Positions 15,976 through 24,043 of a stretch of 42,361 bases of DNA are shown in pieces. Source of the DNA: an uncultured Azospirillum sp. (GTDB taxonomy: Bacteria > Pseudomonadota > Alphaproteobacteria > Rickettsiales > UBA3002); assembly GCA_964578965.1 (NCBI GenBank), contig CAZOFC010000001.1, positions 1-42,361 of the forward strand, in the 5' to 3' direction. Made by a program: the position numbers and the translations under genes. A model generated the notes under the pieces. The model was not told the origin of the DNA. It saw only the letters and a list, made by a program, of their open reading frames with translations, and did not search any database. Within the stretch, counting starts at the first letter, position 1. Every line of letters starts with the position of its first letter.

Positions 15976-16011
15976 CTCCCAATAGTTTCCAAGTTTATCC
16001 AAATCTACCCA
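15967..16011 (-). promoter_or_regulatory. five 10-bp-phased TGG(G/A)N repeats, candidate MraZ operator
   Basis: Top-strand ACCCA, TCCCA, TTCCA, ATCCA and ACCCA start at 15967, 15977, 15987, 15997 and 16007. Confidence 0.55.
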
Positions 16012-16105
16012 AAATGAGTTTGGCGAAGTTTTGGAAAAGCAAAATGAACTGATTGTTTAAACAATTGATTTTAATTAGTAAAAAACAAAAATTTAGAACG
16101 AATGT

Positions 16106-16134
16106 TTTGTCAATTTTTGTAAGCTACTGATTAA
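16106..16134 (+). promoter_or_regulatory. candidate proximal mraZ promoter
   Basis: TTGTCA (16106-16111), a 17-nt spacer, then ATTAAA (16129-16134), inside DNA of about 20% GC. Promoter-like hexamers arise easily in such AT-rich sequence. Confidence 0.3.
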
Positions 16135-16205
16135 AATAAATAGTTTTCTTAAAAATAGAAAAAATACATGTGAACAACAAACGGGGCGATTGGAAATAAA
16201 GGTCT

Positions 16206-16667
16206 ATGGCGTTGTTTCTCTCAACCTTCGAGAAGCAGATCGATAAAAAGGGGCGCGTTTCGGTGCCGCCGACCTTTCGCGCCGTGCTCGCCGCCCAGCA
16301 GTTTAATGGCATGATTGCCTATGCCTCGTTCACCAACGACTGCATCGAGGCCTGTGGCATGGAGCGCATCGAGAAAATGCATGCGCGCATTGAAATGCTC
16401 GACCCGTTCTCGGAGGAGCATGATGCATTCGCGACGGCGATCCTCGGCGGTTCGACCCAGCTTGCCTTCGACAGTGAAGGCCGTGTGGTGATTCCTGAAA
16501 ACCTGCTCAAAAAAGCGAATATCACGAATGTCGGGATTTTTGTGGGTAAGGGCGCGACGTTTGAGATCTGGTCGCCAGAGCTGTTTGCCAAACAGGAAGT
16601 GAAAATGCGTGAGCTGGCGCTTGCGAAGCGCTTGAGCCTTAAAGCGGAGAATGGAGGTGCGGCGTGA
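16206..16667 (+). CDS. mraZ: transcriptional regulator MraZ
   Basis: 153 aa. FLSTFEKQIDKKGRVSVP and a second SpoVT-AbrB repeat (DSEGRVVIPENL). First gene of the dcw cluster. Confidence 0.95.
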   Translation: MALFLSTFEKQIDKKGRVSVPPTFRAVLAAQQFNGMIAYASFTNDCIEACGMERIEKMHARIEMLDPFSEEHDAFATAILGGSTQLAFDSEGRVVIPENLLKKANITNVGIFVGKGATFEIWSPELFAKQEVKMRELALAKRLSLKAENGGAA

Positions 16668-17632
16668 ACGAGCATCTGCATATCCCGGTAATGCGCGATG
16701 AAATGTTGGCTGCCGTTGCGCCCAAGGCGGGCGACGTGGTGGTGGACGGCACCTTTGGTGCTGGCGGCTATAGCCGTGCCTTGTTGAATTTGAGCCCAAG
16801 CGCTCGCGTGATCGCGTTTGACCGTGATCCGAATGTCCAGTTACTTGCCGATGCTCTTGCCCGGGATTATCCCGGGCATTTTTTATTCTTAGGCGAGCGC
16901 TTCTCGCACATGGTGGAAGCGTTGGCGGCCGTGGGTATCGAGGCGGTGGATGCCATCGTGCTCGATATTGGCGTGTCCTCGATGCAGTTTGACGAGGATG
17001 CGCGTGGCTTTTCATTCCAGCGTGAGGCGCCGCTCGATATGCGCATGAGTGGGCAGGGGCCGACCGCCGCGGATGTGGTGAATGGCTACGGCGAAGCTGA
17101 TCTGGTGCGGATCCTGCGTGATTATGGCGAGGAGAATGACGCGCGCCGCATTACGCGCGCAATTCTGGCAGCACGTGCGCTTGCCCCCATCACCACCACG
17201 GTGCAGCTGGCTGAAATTATTCGTGGCAGCGTGCGCGGTGCGGGAAAAATGAAAATCCACCCGGCAACGCGCAGCTTTCAGGCTCTGCGCATTGAGGTCA
17301 ATCAGGAGCTCGCCGAACTTGAAGCGGCACTTGCTGCCGCTGAGCGTTTGCTCAAGCCCGGTGGCCGCTTGGTGGTGGTTACGTTCCATTCGCTTGAAGA
17401 TCGCATCGTGAAGCAGTTCATGCTGCAGCGCAGCAATAAATATGCTGCACCTTCGCGCCACTCGCCTCAAGCGCTCATGCTGCAGCAAAACACCATCGCC
17501 ACTACCTTTGAATTAACGCCTGCTAAAGCCATCACCCCATCGATAAAAGAGGTGAGCTTGAATCCTAGAGCGCGCTCGGCAAAGCTGCGCTGTGCAACCC
17601 GCACCGCGAGTCCGAGCAATGTTGCTGCATAG
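16664..17632 (+). CDS. rsmH: 16S rRNA (cytosine1402-N4)-methyltransferase RsmH
   Basis: 322 aa. HIPVM, DGTFGAGGYS and DIGVSSMQFD motifs. The GTG start overlaps the mraZ TGA (GTGA). Confidence 0.95.
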   Translation: MNEHLHIPVMRDEMLAAVAPKAGDVVVDGTFGAGGYSRALLNLSPSARVIAFDRDPNVQLLADALARDYPGHFLFLGERFSHMVEALAAVGIEAVDAIVLDIGVSSMQFDEDARGFSFQREAPLDMRMSGQGPTAADVVNGYGEADLVRILRDYGEENDARRITRAILAARALAPITTTVQLAEIIRGSVRGAGKMKIHPATRSFQALRIEVNQELAELEAALAAAERLLKPGGRLVVVTFHSLEDRIVKQFMLQRSNKYAAPSRHSPQALMLQQNTIATTFELTPAKAITPSIKEVSLNPRARSAKLRCATRTASPSNVAA

Positions 17633-17643
17633 GAGTTCGTGCC

Positions 17644-17988
17644 ATGAATATACGTCTGCTAATCCACATGGTCTGCGTCGCGGTACTCGCGATCGGTTTG
17701 TACCTTGTCAAATACGCGGTGCAGGATGTGCAGCGCGACGTTGCAACGCTTAAAACTCAGCTTGCGAACGAGAAGGAATCGCTTCATCTGCTGAACGCGG
17801 AATGGGCCTATCTCAACCGGCCCGAGCGCTTGCGCGCCTTAGCAGATCGCCACTTGGATCTGGTGCCGATTGATAGCCGCCAGATTGACCGTGTGAATGT
17901 GCTGCCAGTGGCAATGGATGCAGGGCAGGAAGCCACGACGCGCAGCCCAATGGTGCAGGAAATATCCGATCAGCGTGGGGGCGAATAG
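17644..17988 (+). CDS. ftsL: cell division protein FtsL (alphaproteobacterial type)
   Basis: 114 aa. Single N-terminal TM (LLIHMVCVAVLAIGLYLV) followed by a coiled coil and the EWAYLNRPERL motif. Located between rsmH and ftsI. Confidence 0.8.
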   Translation: MNIRLLIHMVCVAVLAIGLYLVKYAVQDVQRDVATLKTQLANEKESLHLLNAEWAYLNRPERLRALADRHLDLVPIDSRQIDRVNVLPVAMDAGQEATTRSPMVQEISDQRGGE

Positions 17989-19815
17989 TTGCGTCAGTTC
18001 CGTCGCATTCCCTCAAAACGGCCGCCTGCGCGCATCATCCGCGTGGAAAACCGCGAGGTGCGTGGCCTTGGCGAATCGCGCGCGCGGCTGATTCTGGTCG
18101 CCAGCTTTTTTGCGCTGTGCTTCTTGATGTTGGGCCTGCGCTTGCTTGAGGTGAGCACCATGGGCGGTGGGGATTTGCCCTTCAAGCGGCTGGTGAATGA
18201 GCCGCAGCTGCTCATTGGCCGTGATGAGGATGTGGATGTCTCAAAAATCGGTGAAGCGCAGCAGACGATTCGGCGCGAGATTGTGGACCGTAATGGCTTG
18301 GTGCTTGCGACCTCGATTAAAACCGCGTCGCTGGTAGCGAACCCGACGATCATTCGCCATGAGCGCGAGGTGGCCGAAGGCTTGGCAAAAATTTTCACGC
18401 ATGAAACGGCAGCATCGTTTGAAGAGAAACTGATGCGCAAGGATTCGACCTTCATGTATCTCGCGCGCCATCTGACGCCACGCCAGCAAGAGCAGGTAAA
18501 CAATCTCGGCGTACCCGGTCTTTTCTTCGAGGCGGATATGCGCCGTGTCTATCCGTATGGCGGGCTCTTTTCGCATAGCATTGGTTATGTCGGCGTCGAT
18601 AATCAGGGGCTTGCCGGCATTGAAAAATATTTTGATGATAAGCTGCAATCCGCGGAGGCGAGTGGCCCACTGACGTTATCACTAGATTTGCGCATCCAAT
18701 CGATTCTGCGTGACGAGCTGAACAAAGCGATTGGTGAGTTCCAGGCAGTCGGCGGCGTCGGTGTCGTGCTTGAGATTGCTACAGGCGAAGTACTGGCGAT
18801 GACCAGTATGCCGGAGTTTGACCCGCACCAGCCCGGCCGTGCCAGTGATGATGCGCGCTTTAACCGCGCGACGCTGGGCGTTTATGAAATGGGCTCGACC
18901 TTCAAGACCTTCACCATGGCGGGCGCGCTTGAAAACAACGTGGTGACTATGAAAGGCGGCTATGACGCCAGCCGCCCGATCCATATGGGGGGCTTCACGA
19001 TTACGGATTCACACCCCGAAGGCCGCTGGCTCTCGGTGCCTGAGATTTTTGCCTATTCGAGTAATATCGGCACTGCCAAAATGGCCCTCGATTTGGGTGG
19101 CAAGCGCCAGCGTGCCTTCCTTGAATCACTCGGACTTTTTGAGCCCGTGAAGCTTGAAGTGCCGGAGCTTGCTAAGCCAATCATTCCGCGCAGCTGGCCT
19201 GAGCTGACGACAATGACGGTATCCTACGGGCATGGTATTTCGGTCTCGCCGCTGCATCTCATCAACGCGATTGCGGGCATTGCCAGCGACGGTGTCATTC
19301 ACCCCATGACGCTGGTGAAAGACGGCAATGCAAACAAGCCCGCTGGGAAGAAAGTGCTTTCGCCGACGACCGTAGCGGATGTGCGTGATTTGCTGCGCTT
19401 GGTAGTGTTGCATGGCACCGGAAAATCAGCGAATGCGATGGGCTATGCGGTCGGCGGTAAGACCGGGACGGCCGAGAAAAACACGAATGGAATTTATAAA
19501 AAAGACGCGAAGGTCGCGTCATTCGTTGGTGTCTTTCCGGCCTCAGATCCGCGCTATGCCATCCTTGTGATGGTGGATGAGCCCAAGGGCAATAAATCGA
19601 CCTATGGCTTTGCCACGGGCGGTTGGATCTCTGCCCCAGTTGCGGGCCGCGTGGTGCAGCGCATGGGGCCGGTGCTCGCGCTTCAGCCAAACTTCAACCC
19701 GCCCGATGAAATGGCAGAGCGCTATTGGGCAGGGGCGCAAGCGCGCGTCAAAGCGCAGCAAGTCGCGCGCGAAGCAAAACAGACGAAGGAGGCCGTGCAT
19801 GCCGCTTCTTTCTAG
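17989..19815 (+). CDS. ftsI: peptidoglycan D,D-transpeptidase FtsI (PBP3)
   Basis: 608 aa. SxxK (GSTFK), SxN (YSSNIG) and KTG (GGKTGTAE) motifs. TTG start directly after the ftsL TAG; the exact start is uncertain. Confidence 0.92.
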   Translation: MRQFRRIPSKRPPARIIRVENREVRGLGESRARLILVASFFALCFLMLGLRLLEVSTMGGGDLPFKRLVNEPQLLIGRDEDVDVSKIGEAQQTIRREIVDRNGLVLATSIKTASLVANPTIIRHEREVAEGLAKIFTHETAASFEEKLMRKDSTFMYLARHLTPRQQEQVNNLGVPGLFFEADMRRVYPYGGLFSHSIGYVGVDNQGLAGIEKYFDDKLQSAEASGPLTLSLDLRIQSILRDELNKAIGEFQAVGGVGVVLEIATGEVLAMTSMPEFDPHQPGRASDDARFNRATLGVYEMGSTFKTFTMAGALENNVVTMKGGYDASRPIHMGGFTITDSHPEGRWLSVPEIFAYSSNIGTAKMALDLGGKRQRAFLESLGLFEPVKLEVPELAKPIIPRSWPELTTMTVSYGHGISVSPLHLINAIAGIASDGVIHPMTLVKDGNANKPAGKKVLSPTTVADVRDLLRLVVLHGTGKSANAMGYAVGGKTGTAEKNTNGIYKKDAKVASFVGVFPASDPRYAILVMVDEPKGNKSTYGFATGGWISAPVAGRVVQRMGPVLALQPNFNPPDEMAERYWAGAQARVKAQQVAREAKQTKEAVHAASF

Positions 19816-21268
19816 TCTCATTGCTGCAGCATTTCCAAGTGCCGTTGTTTACGGCGATAGCAATGTTGCAATCCATAGCATCACAACGGATTCGCGTGCC
19901 GTCGTGCCTGGGGCGCTGTTTGTGGCAATGCCCGGCGTGAATGCCGATGGTGCTGCCTATATCCCCGATGCGTTACGCGCTGGGGCAAGCGCGGTGTTGA
20001 TGGCGGCAACAAGCCGCAGCGATGTTGCCGCCACGGTGCCGGTGATTCGTGTGGATGATATGCGCGCAGCGGTGAGCAGCCTTGCTGCAGCATTTTACCC
20101 CAAGCAGCCAGAATATTGCATGGCGGTGACGGGTACGGATGGCAAAACATCCACCGCCGATTTTGTGCGCCAGTTAGCGCAATTATCGCAGCTGCATGGC
20201 GCATCGATTGGCACGCTTGGCCTACGGAGCCACTCACCGGAAATGGATAGTAAATACCCAAGCATTAATACCTCGCCCGAGCCCATTTTGCTGCACCGTA
20301 TGTTGCACGAACTGGCGGAAGCGGGAACCAAGGTGGTGGCCATCGAAACCTCGAGCCATGGGCTCGACCAAAAACGTGCGGATGGCGTGAAATTTTGTGC
20401 TGGGGCGTTCACGAACCTCACGCGTGATCACCTCGATTACCATGGCACGCTGGAGGCATATTTTGCAGCAAAAGCGCGCCTGTTTGATACGGTGCTGGCG
20501 AAGGGCTCCGTTGCCGTCTTCAATCGCGACGATGCAAAGTTCGATGCGCTGAACACGATTGCGAAAGCGCGCGGGCTTAAGGTCATTTCTTTTGGTAAGG
20601 CTGAAGCAGCAGATTACCGTATTGTGAGCGTCACACCGCATGCCAATGGACTGGATGCAAAGCTTCTGCTCAATGGCCAAGCACATGCGGTTTCGCTACC
20701 GCTTTATGGGGCATTTCAGCTGAGCAATATGCTCGCAGCCGTTGGCTTGCTGCAAGCAGCAGGTGTGAGCGTTGAGTCGCTGGTGAAATTGCTGCCTTTG
20801 TTGCGCGGTGTGCCCGGGCGGCTCGAGAAAATTGCTGCACAGCATGGCGCACCAATTTTTATTGATTATGCGCACACGCCCGCAGCCTTAGAGAATATTT
20901 TAAAAACCCTACGCCCACACACTGCCCGCCACCTGCATGTGGTGTTTGGCTGTGGCGGTGACCGCGATGCTGGCAAACGCCCCGAGATGGGCGCGGTTGC
21001 CGCACAGTTTGCCGACCATGTGGTGGTGACCGATGATAACCCGCGCAGCGAAGATGCTGCAACCATTCGCGCCGCCATTATGGCGAAGGCGACAGGGGCT
21101 ATCGAAGTCGCCGGGCGCGACCGCGCGATTGTCACCGCGATTCAGAATTTACAAGCAGGCGACGTTCTGGTCGTCGCCGGCAAAGGCCACGAAACAACCC
21201 AGATCATCGGCAATCAAACTCACCCCTTCAGCGATGCAGACCACATCAGAAAGGCAGTTGCCGCATGA
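19799..21268 (+). CDS. murE: UDP-N-acetylmuramoyl-L-alanyl-D-glutamate--2,6-diaminopimelate ligase
   Basis: 489 aa from MPLLSSLIAA (ATG at 19799, GAAGGAGG RBS at 19786-19793). TGTDGKTST P-loop and DNPRSED motif. The upstream 74 codons of ORF 19577 overlap ftsI and were discarded. Confidence 0.93.
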   Translation: MPLLSSLIAAAFPSAVVYGDSNVAIHSITTDSRAVVPGALFVAMPGVNADGAAYIPDALRAGASAVLMAATSRSDVAATVPVIRVDDMRAAVSSLAAAFYPKQPEYCMAVTGTDGKTSTADFVRQLAQLSQLHGASIGTLGLRSHSPEMDSKYPSINTSPEPILLHRMLHELAEAGTKVVAIETSSHGLDQKRADGVKFCAGAFTNLTRDHLDYHGTLEAYFAAKARLFDTVLAKGSVAVFNRDDAKFDALNTIAKARGLKVISFGKAEAADYRIVSVTPHANGLDAKLLLNGQAHAVSLPLYGAFQLSNMLAAVGLLQAAGVSVESLVKLLPLLRGVPGRLEKIAAQHGAPIFIDYAHTPAALENILKTLRPHTARHLHVVFGCGGDRDAGKRPEMGAVAAQFADHVVVTDDNPRSEDAATIRAAIMAKATGAIEVAGRDRAIVTAIQNLQAGDVLVVAGKGHETTQIIGNQTHPFSDADHIRKAVAA

Positions 21269-22662
21269 CCCAGGCCCTATGGACCACCGCAGAAATTATC
21301 ACCGCCACCCACGGCATGAGCACGGGCGTTTGGAGTGCAAGCTCTGTGAGCATTGACACTCGCACCATGCAGCCCGGCGCACTGTTTGTGGCGCTACCCG
21401 GCGCCAAGGTGGATGGGCACGAGCATGTGGCCTCGGCGCTGGCCAATGGGGCAGCCGGCGCGCTCGTCAGCAAGCCAGTTGCGGGGGTGGATGCCGCACG
21501 TTTGATTGTGGTGAAGGATGTGGAAAAAGCGCTGCAGCAATTGGGCCATGCGGCGCGGAGTCGGTCGCGCGCTAAATTCATTGGCGTAACGGGTAGTGTC
21601 GGCAAAACCGGGGCAAAAGAAATGCTCGCGGCAGCACTTGCACCCGTGGGTAACGTGTATGCGACCAAAGGGAATTTGAATAACCACCTCGGGGTGCCAC
21701 TGAACCTAGCCAACCTGCCTGCTGATACGGATTACGCGGTGCTTGAAATGGGCATGAACCATGCGGGTGAAATCAGCCCGTTGTCGCAGATGGTGCGCCC
21801 CCATGTATCGCTGATTACGACGGTGGACGCCGTCCATATCGAGCATTTCCCATCCGTCGAGGCGATTGCCGATGAGAAGGCAGCGATTTTTGATGGCATG
21901 GCAGGCCATGGGGTGGCGGTGCTGAACAGCGATAATGCGCATTTCGAGCGCCTGAAGAAACACGCGCAAGCGAAGGGCATGGACCGGATTCTATCGTTTG
22001 GTACGGGCAAGAATGCCCTATGCCGCATGATGCAGTATGCGATTGATGATACGCATTCAGTGATTGAGGCGATGATTGCCGGCACATCGATGACGTATCG
22101 CATCGGCACGATTGGCAAGCATTGGGCACTGATGTCCGTCGCGGTGCTTGGGGTGGTCGATGCGCTGTCGGCGGATATTGCAAAATCAGCCGCGGCACTT
22201 GAACAGTTCAGTGAACCTAAGGGACGCGGCCAAATCCGTAAACTAAGCCTTAAGGGTGGCAATCTGCGCTTGATTGATGATGCCTATAATGCAAGCCCAA
22301 TCTCGATGAAGGGCGCGATTGAGAAGGTGGCCGAAATGCGTGATGCAAGCCCGCTAGCAGTGCGCACCGTGGTGGTGCTGGGTGATATGCTAGAGCTTGG
22401 GGAGCAAGCAGAGGACTTACATGTGGGGCTGGTGCCAACACTGGTGAATAACCAGATGGACCTGGTGTTTGCCGCCGGCACCTTCATGGAAAAAATGTAT
22501 CAGGCCTTGCCTGAGGGGATGCGTGGGGCCTACACGCGCACCAGCCGGGAGCTGGCACCCATGGTGGTTGAGGCCTTGCGCATGAATGACCTCGTGCTAG
22601 TAAAGGGATCGCGCGGCAGCCGCATGGATGTGGTGGTCGACGCGATTGAAGGGAACCGCTGA
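21265..22662 (+). CDS. murF: UDP-N-acetylmuramoyl-tripeptide--D-alanyl-D-alanine ligase
   Basis: 465 aa. GVTGSVGKTGAKE P-loop and Mur ligase middle and C-terminal domains. ATGA overlap with murE. Confidence 0.93.
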   Translation: MTQALWTTAEIITATHGMSTGVWSASSVSIDTRTMQPGALFVALPGAKVDGHEHVASALANGAAGALVSKPVAGVDAARLIVVKDVEKALQQLGHAARSRSRAKFIGVTGSVGKTGAKEMLAAALAPVGNVYATKGNLNNHLGVPLNLANLPADTDYAVLEMGMNHAGEISPLSQMVRPHVSLITTVDAVHIEHFPSVEAIADEKAAIFDGMAGHGVAVLNSDNAHFERLKKHAQAKGMDRILSFGTGKNALCRMMQYAIDDTHSVIEAMIAGTSMTYRIGTIGKHWALMSVAVLGVVDALSADIAKSAAALEQFSEPKGRGQIRKLSLKGGNLRLIDDAYNASPISMKGAIEKVAEMRDASPLAVRTVVVLGDMLELGEQAEDLHVGLVPTLVNNQMDLVFAAGTFMEKMYQALPEGMRGAYTRTSRELAPMVVEALRMNDLVLVKGSRGSRMDVVVDAIEGNR

Positions 22663-22701
22663 TGGATACCATGACTAAACAATGCGTGGCGGCGAATTTG
22701 C

Positions 22702-22723
22702 TTGCGATGAAGCTTCGTCGCAA
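22702..22723. repeat. 22-nt near-perfect palindrome in the murF-mraY spacer
   Basis: TTGCGATGAAG/CTTCGTCGCAA centred on AAGCTT. There is one T/G position, which would be a wobble pair in RNA. Confidence 0.5.
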
Positions 22724-22809
22724 TGCTCACATAGTTGGTCTATGCTGCGCTTGCGCCACTTCATCGCTGCGCACTTCATCCACCACACATCGTTTCCTCA
22801 AGGTATCTC

Positions 22810-23898
22810 ATGCTGTATAATTTACTCTACCCGCTTGCGGGCGATATTCCATTTTTCAACCTGTTTCGCTACCTGACATTTCGTAGCGGCGGGGCAATTA
22901 TCACCGCGCTGGTGATCAGTTTCGTCATCGGGCCGCGCATGATCCGCTGGTTGCGCAACAACCAGCATGGCGGCCAGCCGATTCGAAGCGATGGCCCAGA
23001 ATCGCACCTGTTGACCAAAAAAGGCACGCCGACCATGGGCGGGCTGATGATGCTGTTCGCGGTGACGATTTCAACGCTGCTTTGGGCGGACATTACGAAT
23101 CACTTTGTCTGGATGGTGCTGTTCGTGACGCTGGGCTACGGCGCGATTGGCTTTGCCGATGATTACCTGAAAGTCTCGAAGAAAAACCATAAAGGCCTGT
23201 CGGGCAAAAAGAAGCTCGTTGCCCAATTTTCCATTGCGCTTGGTGCAGCAATTTGGGTGAGTGCGGTGACACCTGACACGCTGAACCACCATTTGGCGCT
23301 GCCATTTGTTAAGGATTTTCTCATCAATCTTGGCGTGCTTTACTTCCCCTTTGTCATGCTCGTGCTTGTCGGCGCTTCGAACGCGGTGAACCTGACCGAT
23401 GGACTTGATGGGCTCGCGATTGTGCCGATCATGATTGCAGCGGCGTGTTTTGGGCTGATTGCGTATCTTGTTGGTAATGCGGTCTATGCCAATTATCTGC
23501 ATATTGATTTTGTGCCCGGCAGTGGTGAGCTTGCGGTGTTTTGCGCGGCGATGATTGGCGCTGGCCTTGGCTTTTTGTGGTATAACGCACCGCCGGCGAT
23601 GGTGTTCATGGGTGATACGGGCTCGCTGGCCTTTGGTGGGTCACTGGGCATGATTGCGGTGATTGCCAAACATGAAATTGTGCTCGCGATTATTGGTGGG
23701 CTGTTCGTGGTCGAGGCGCTTTCGGTGATGATTCAGGTGGCGTCGTTCAAGCTCACGGGTAAGCGGGTGTTCCGCATGGCGCCAATTCACCACCATTTCG
23801 AGAAACTGGGCTGGAAGGAACCCACGGTGGTCATCCGCTTTTGGATTGTGGCGGTCATTCTGGCGCTGGTTGGGCTATCCACCTTGAAGCTTCGCTAA
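22810..23898 (+). CDS. mraY: phospho-N-acetylmuramoyl-pentapeptide-transferase
   Basis: 362 aa from [11 protein letters not shown] (ATG at 22810). [18 protein letters not shown] and APIHHHFE motifs. Confidence 0.95.
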   Translation: MLYNLLYPLAGDIPFFNLFRYLTFRSGGAIITALVISFVIGPRMIRWLRNNQHGGQPIRSDGPESHLLTKKGTPTMGGLMMLFAVTISTLLWADITNHFVWMVLFVTLGYGAIGFADDYLKVSKKNHKGLSGKKKLVAQFSIALGAAIWVSAVTPDTLNHHLALPFVKDFLINLGVLYFPFVMLVLVGASNAVNLTDGLDGLAIVPIMIAAACFGLIAYLVGNAVYANYLHIDFVPGSGELAVFCAAMIGAGLGFLWYNAPPAMVFMGDTGSLAFGGSLGMIAVIAKHEIVLAIIGGLFVVEALSVMIQVASFKLTGKRVFRMAPIHHHFEKLGWKEPTVVIRFWIVAVILALVGLSTLKLR

Positions 23899-23907
23899 AT
23901 GAAATAT

Positions 23908-24032
23908 TCGATGAACATAGCCGACTGTCTGCGTTGTCGTGACCCTCGCTGTGAATCCTCACGTAGCGCTGCTACGCTGCGGTTCTCATCAAGGGCATGC
24001 ACTCCTAGCATCCAGCCTACTCTGTTCATCGA
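23908..24032. repeat. 125-nt segment bounded by a 10-bp inverted repeat in the mraY-murD spacer
   Basis: TCGATGAACA (23908-23917) and TGTTCATCGA (24023-24032), with an internal hairpin CGTAGC-GCT-GCTACG. Confidence 0.4.
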
Positions 24033-24043
24033 CGAAAGATGTG

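Noticed and set aside
15890-16205. Possibility that the DnaA-box pair plus AT-rich tract is a replication origin
   Set aside because: There are only two or three imperfect boxes. None of the gene contexts I would expect around an origin (dnaA, dnaN, hemE, parAB) is present. The locus is the universally conserved dcw promoter region, so a transcriptional role is far more likely.
19577-19798. Long N-terminal extensions in the ORF track for murE (19577), mraY (22735), murD (23939), murB (29269), ddl (30185), ftsZ (33700), the Tat ORFan (8524), bolA (4214) and the SOUL gene (12716)
   Set aside because: The extensions either overlap the upstream gene or read through intergenic repeats. They lack similarity to the conserved N-termini. 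In several cases (e.g. murE, ftsZ, bolA) the internal ATG is preceded by an obvious Shine-Dalgarno sequence; mraY, murD and murB were chosen on the conserved N-terminus alone.
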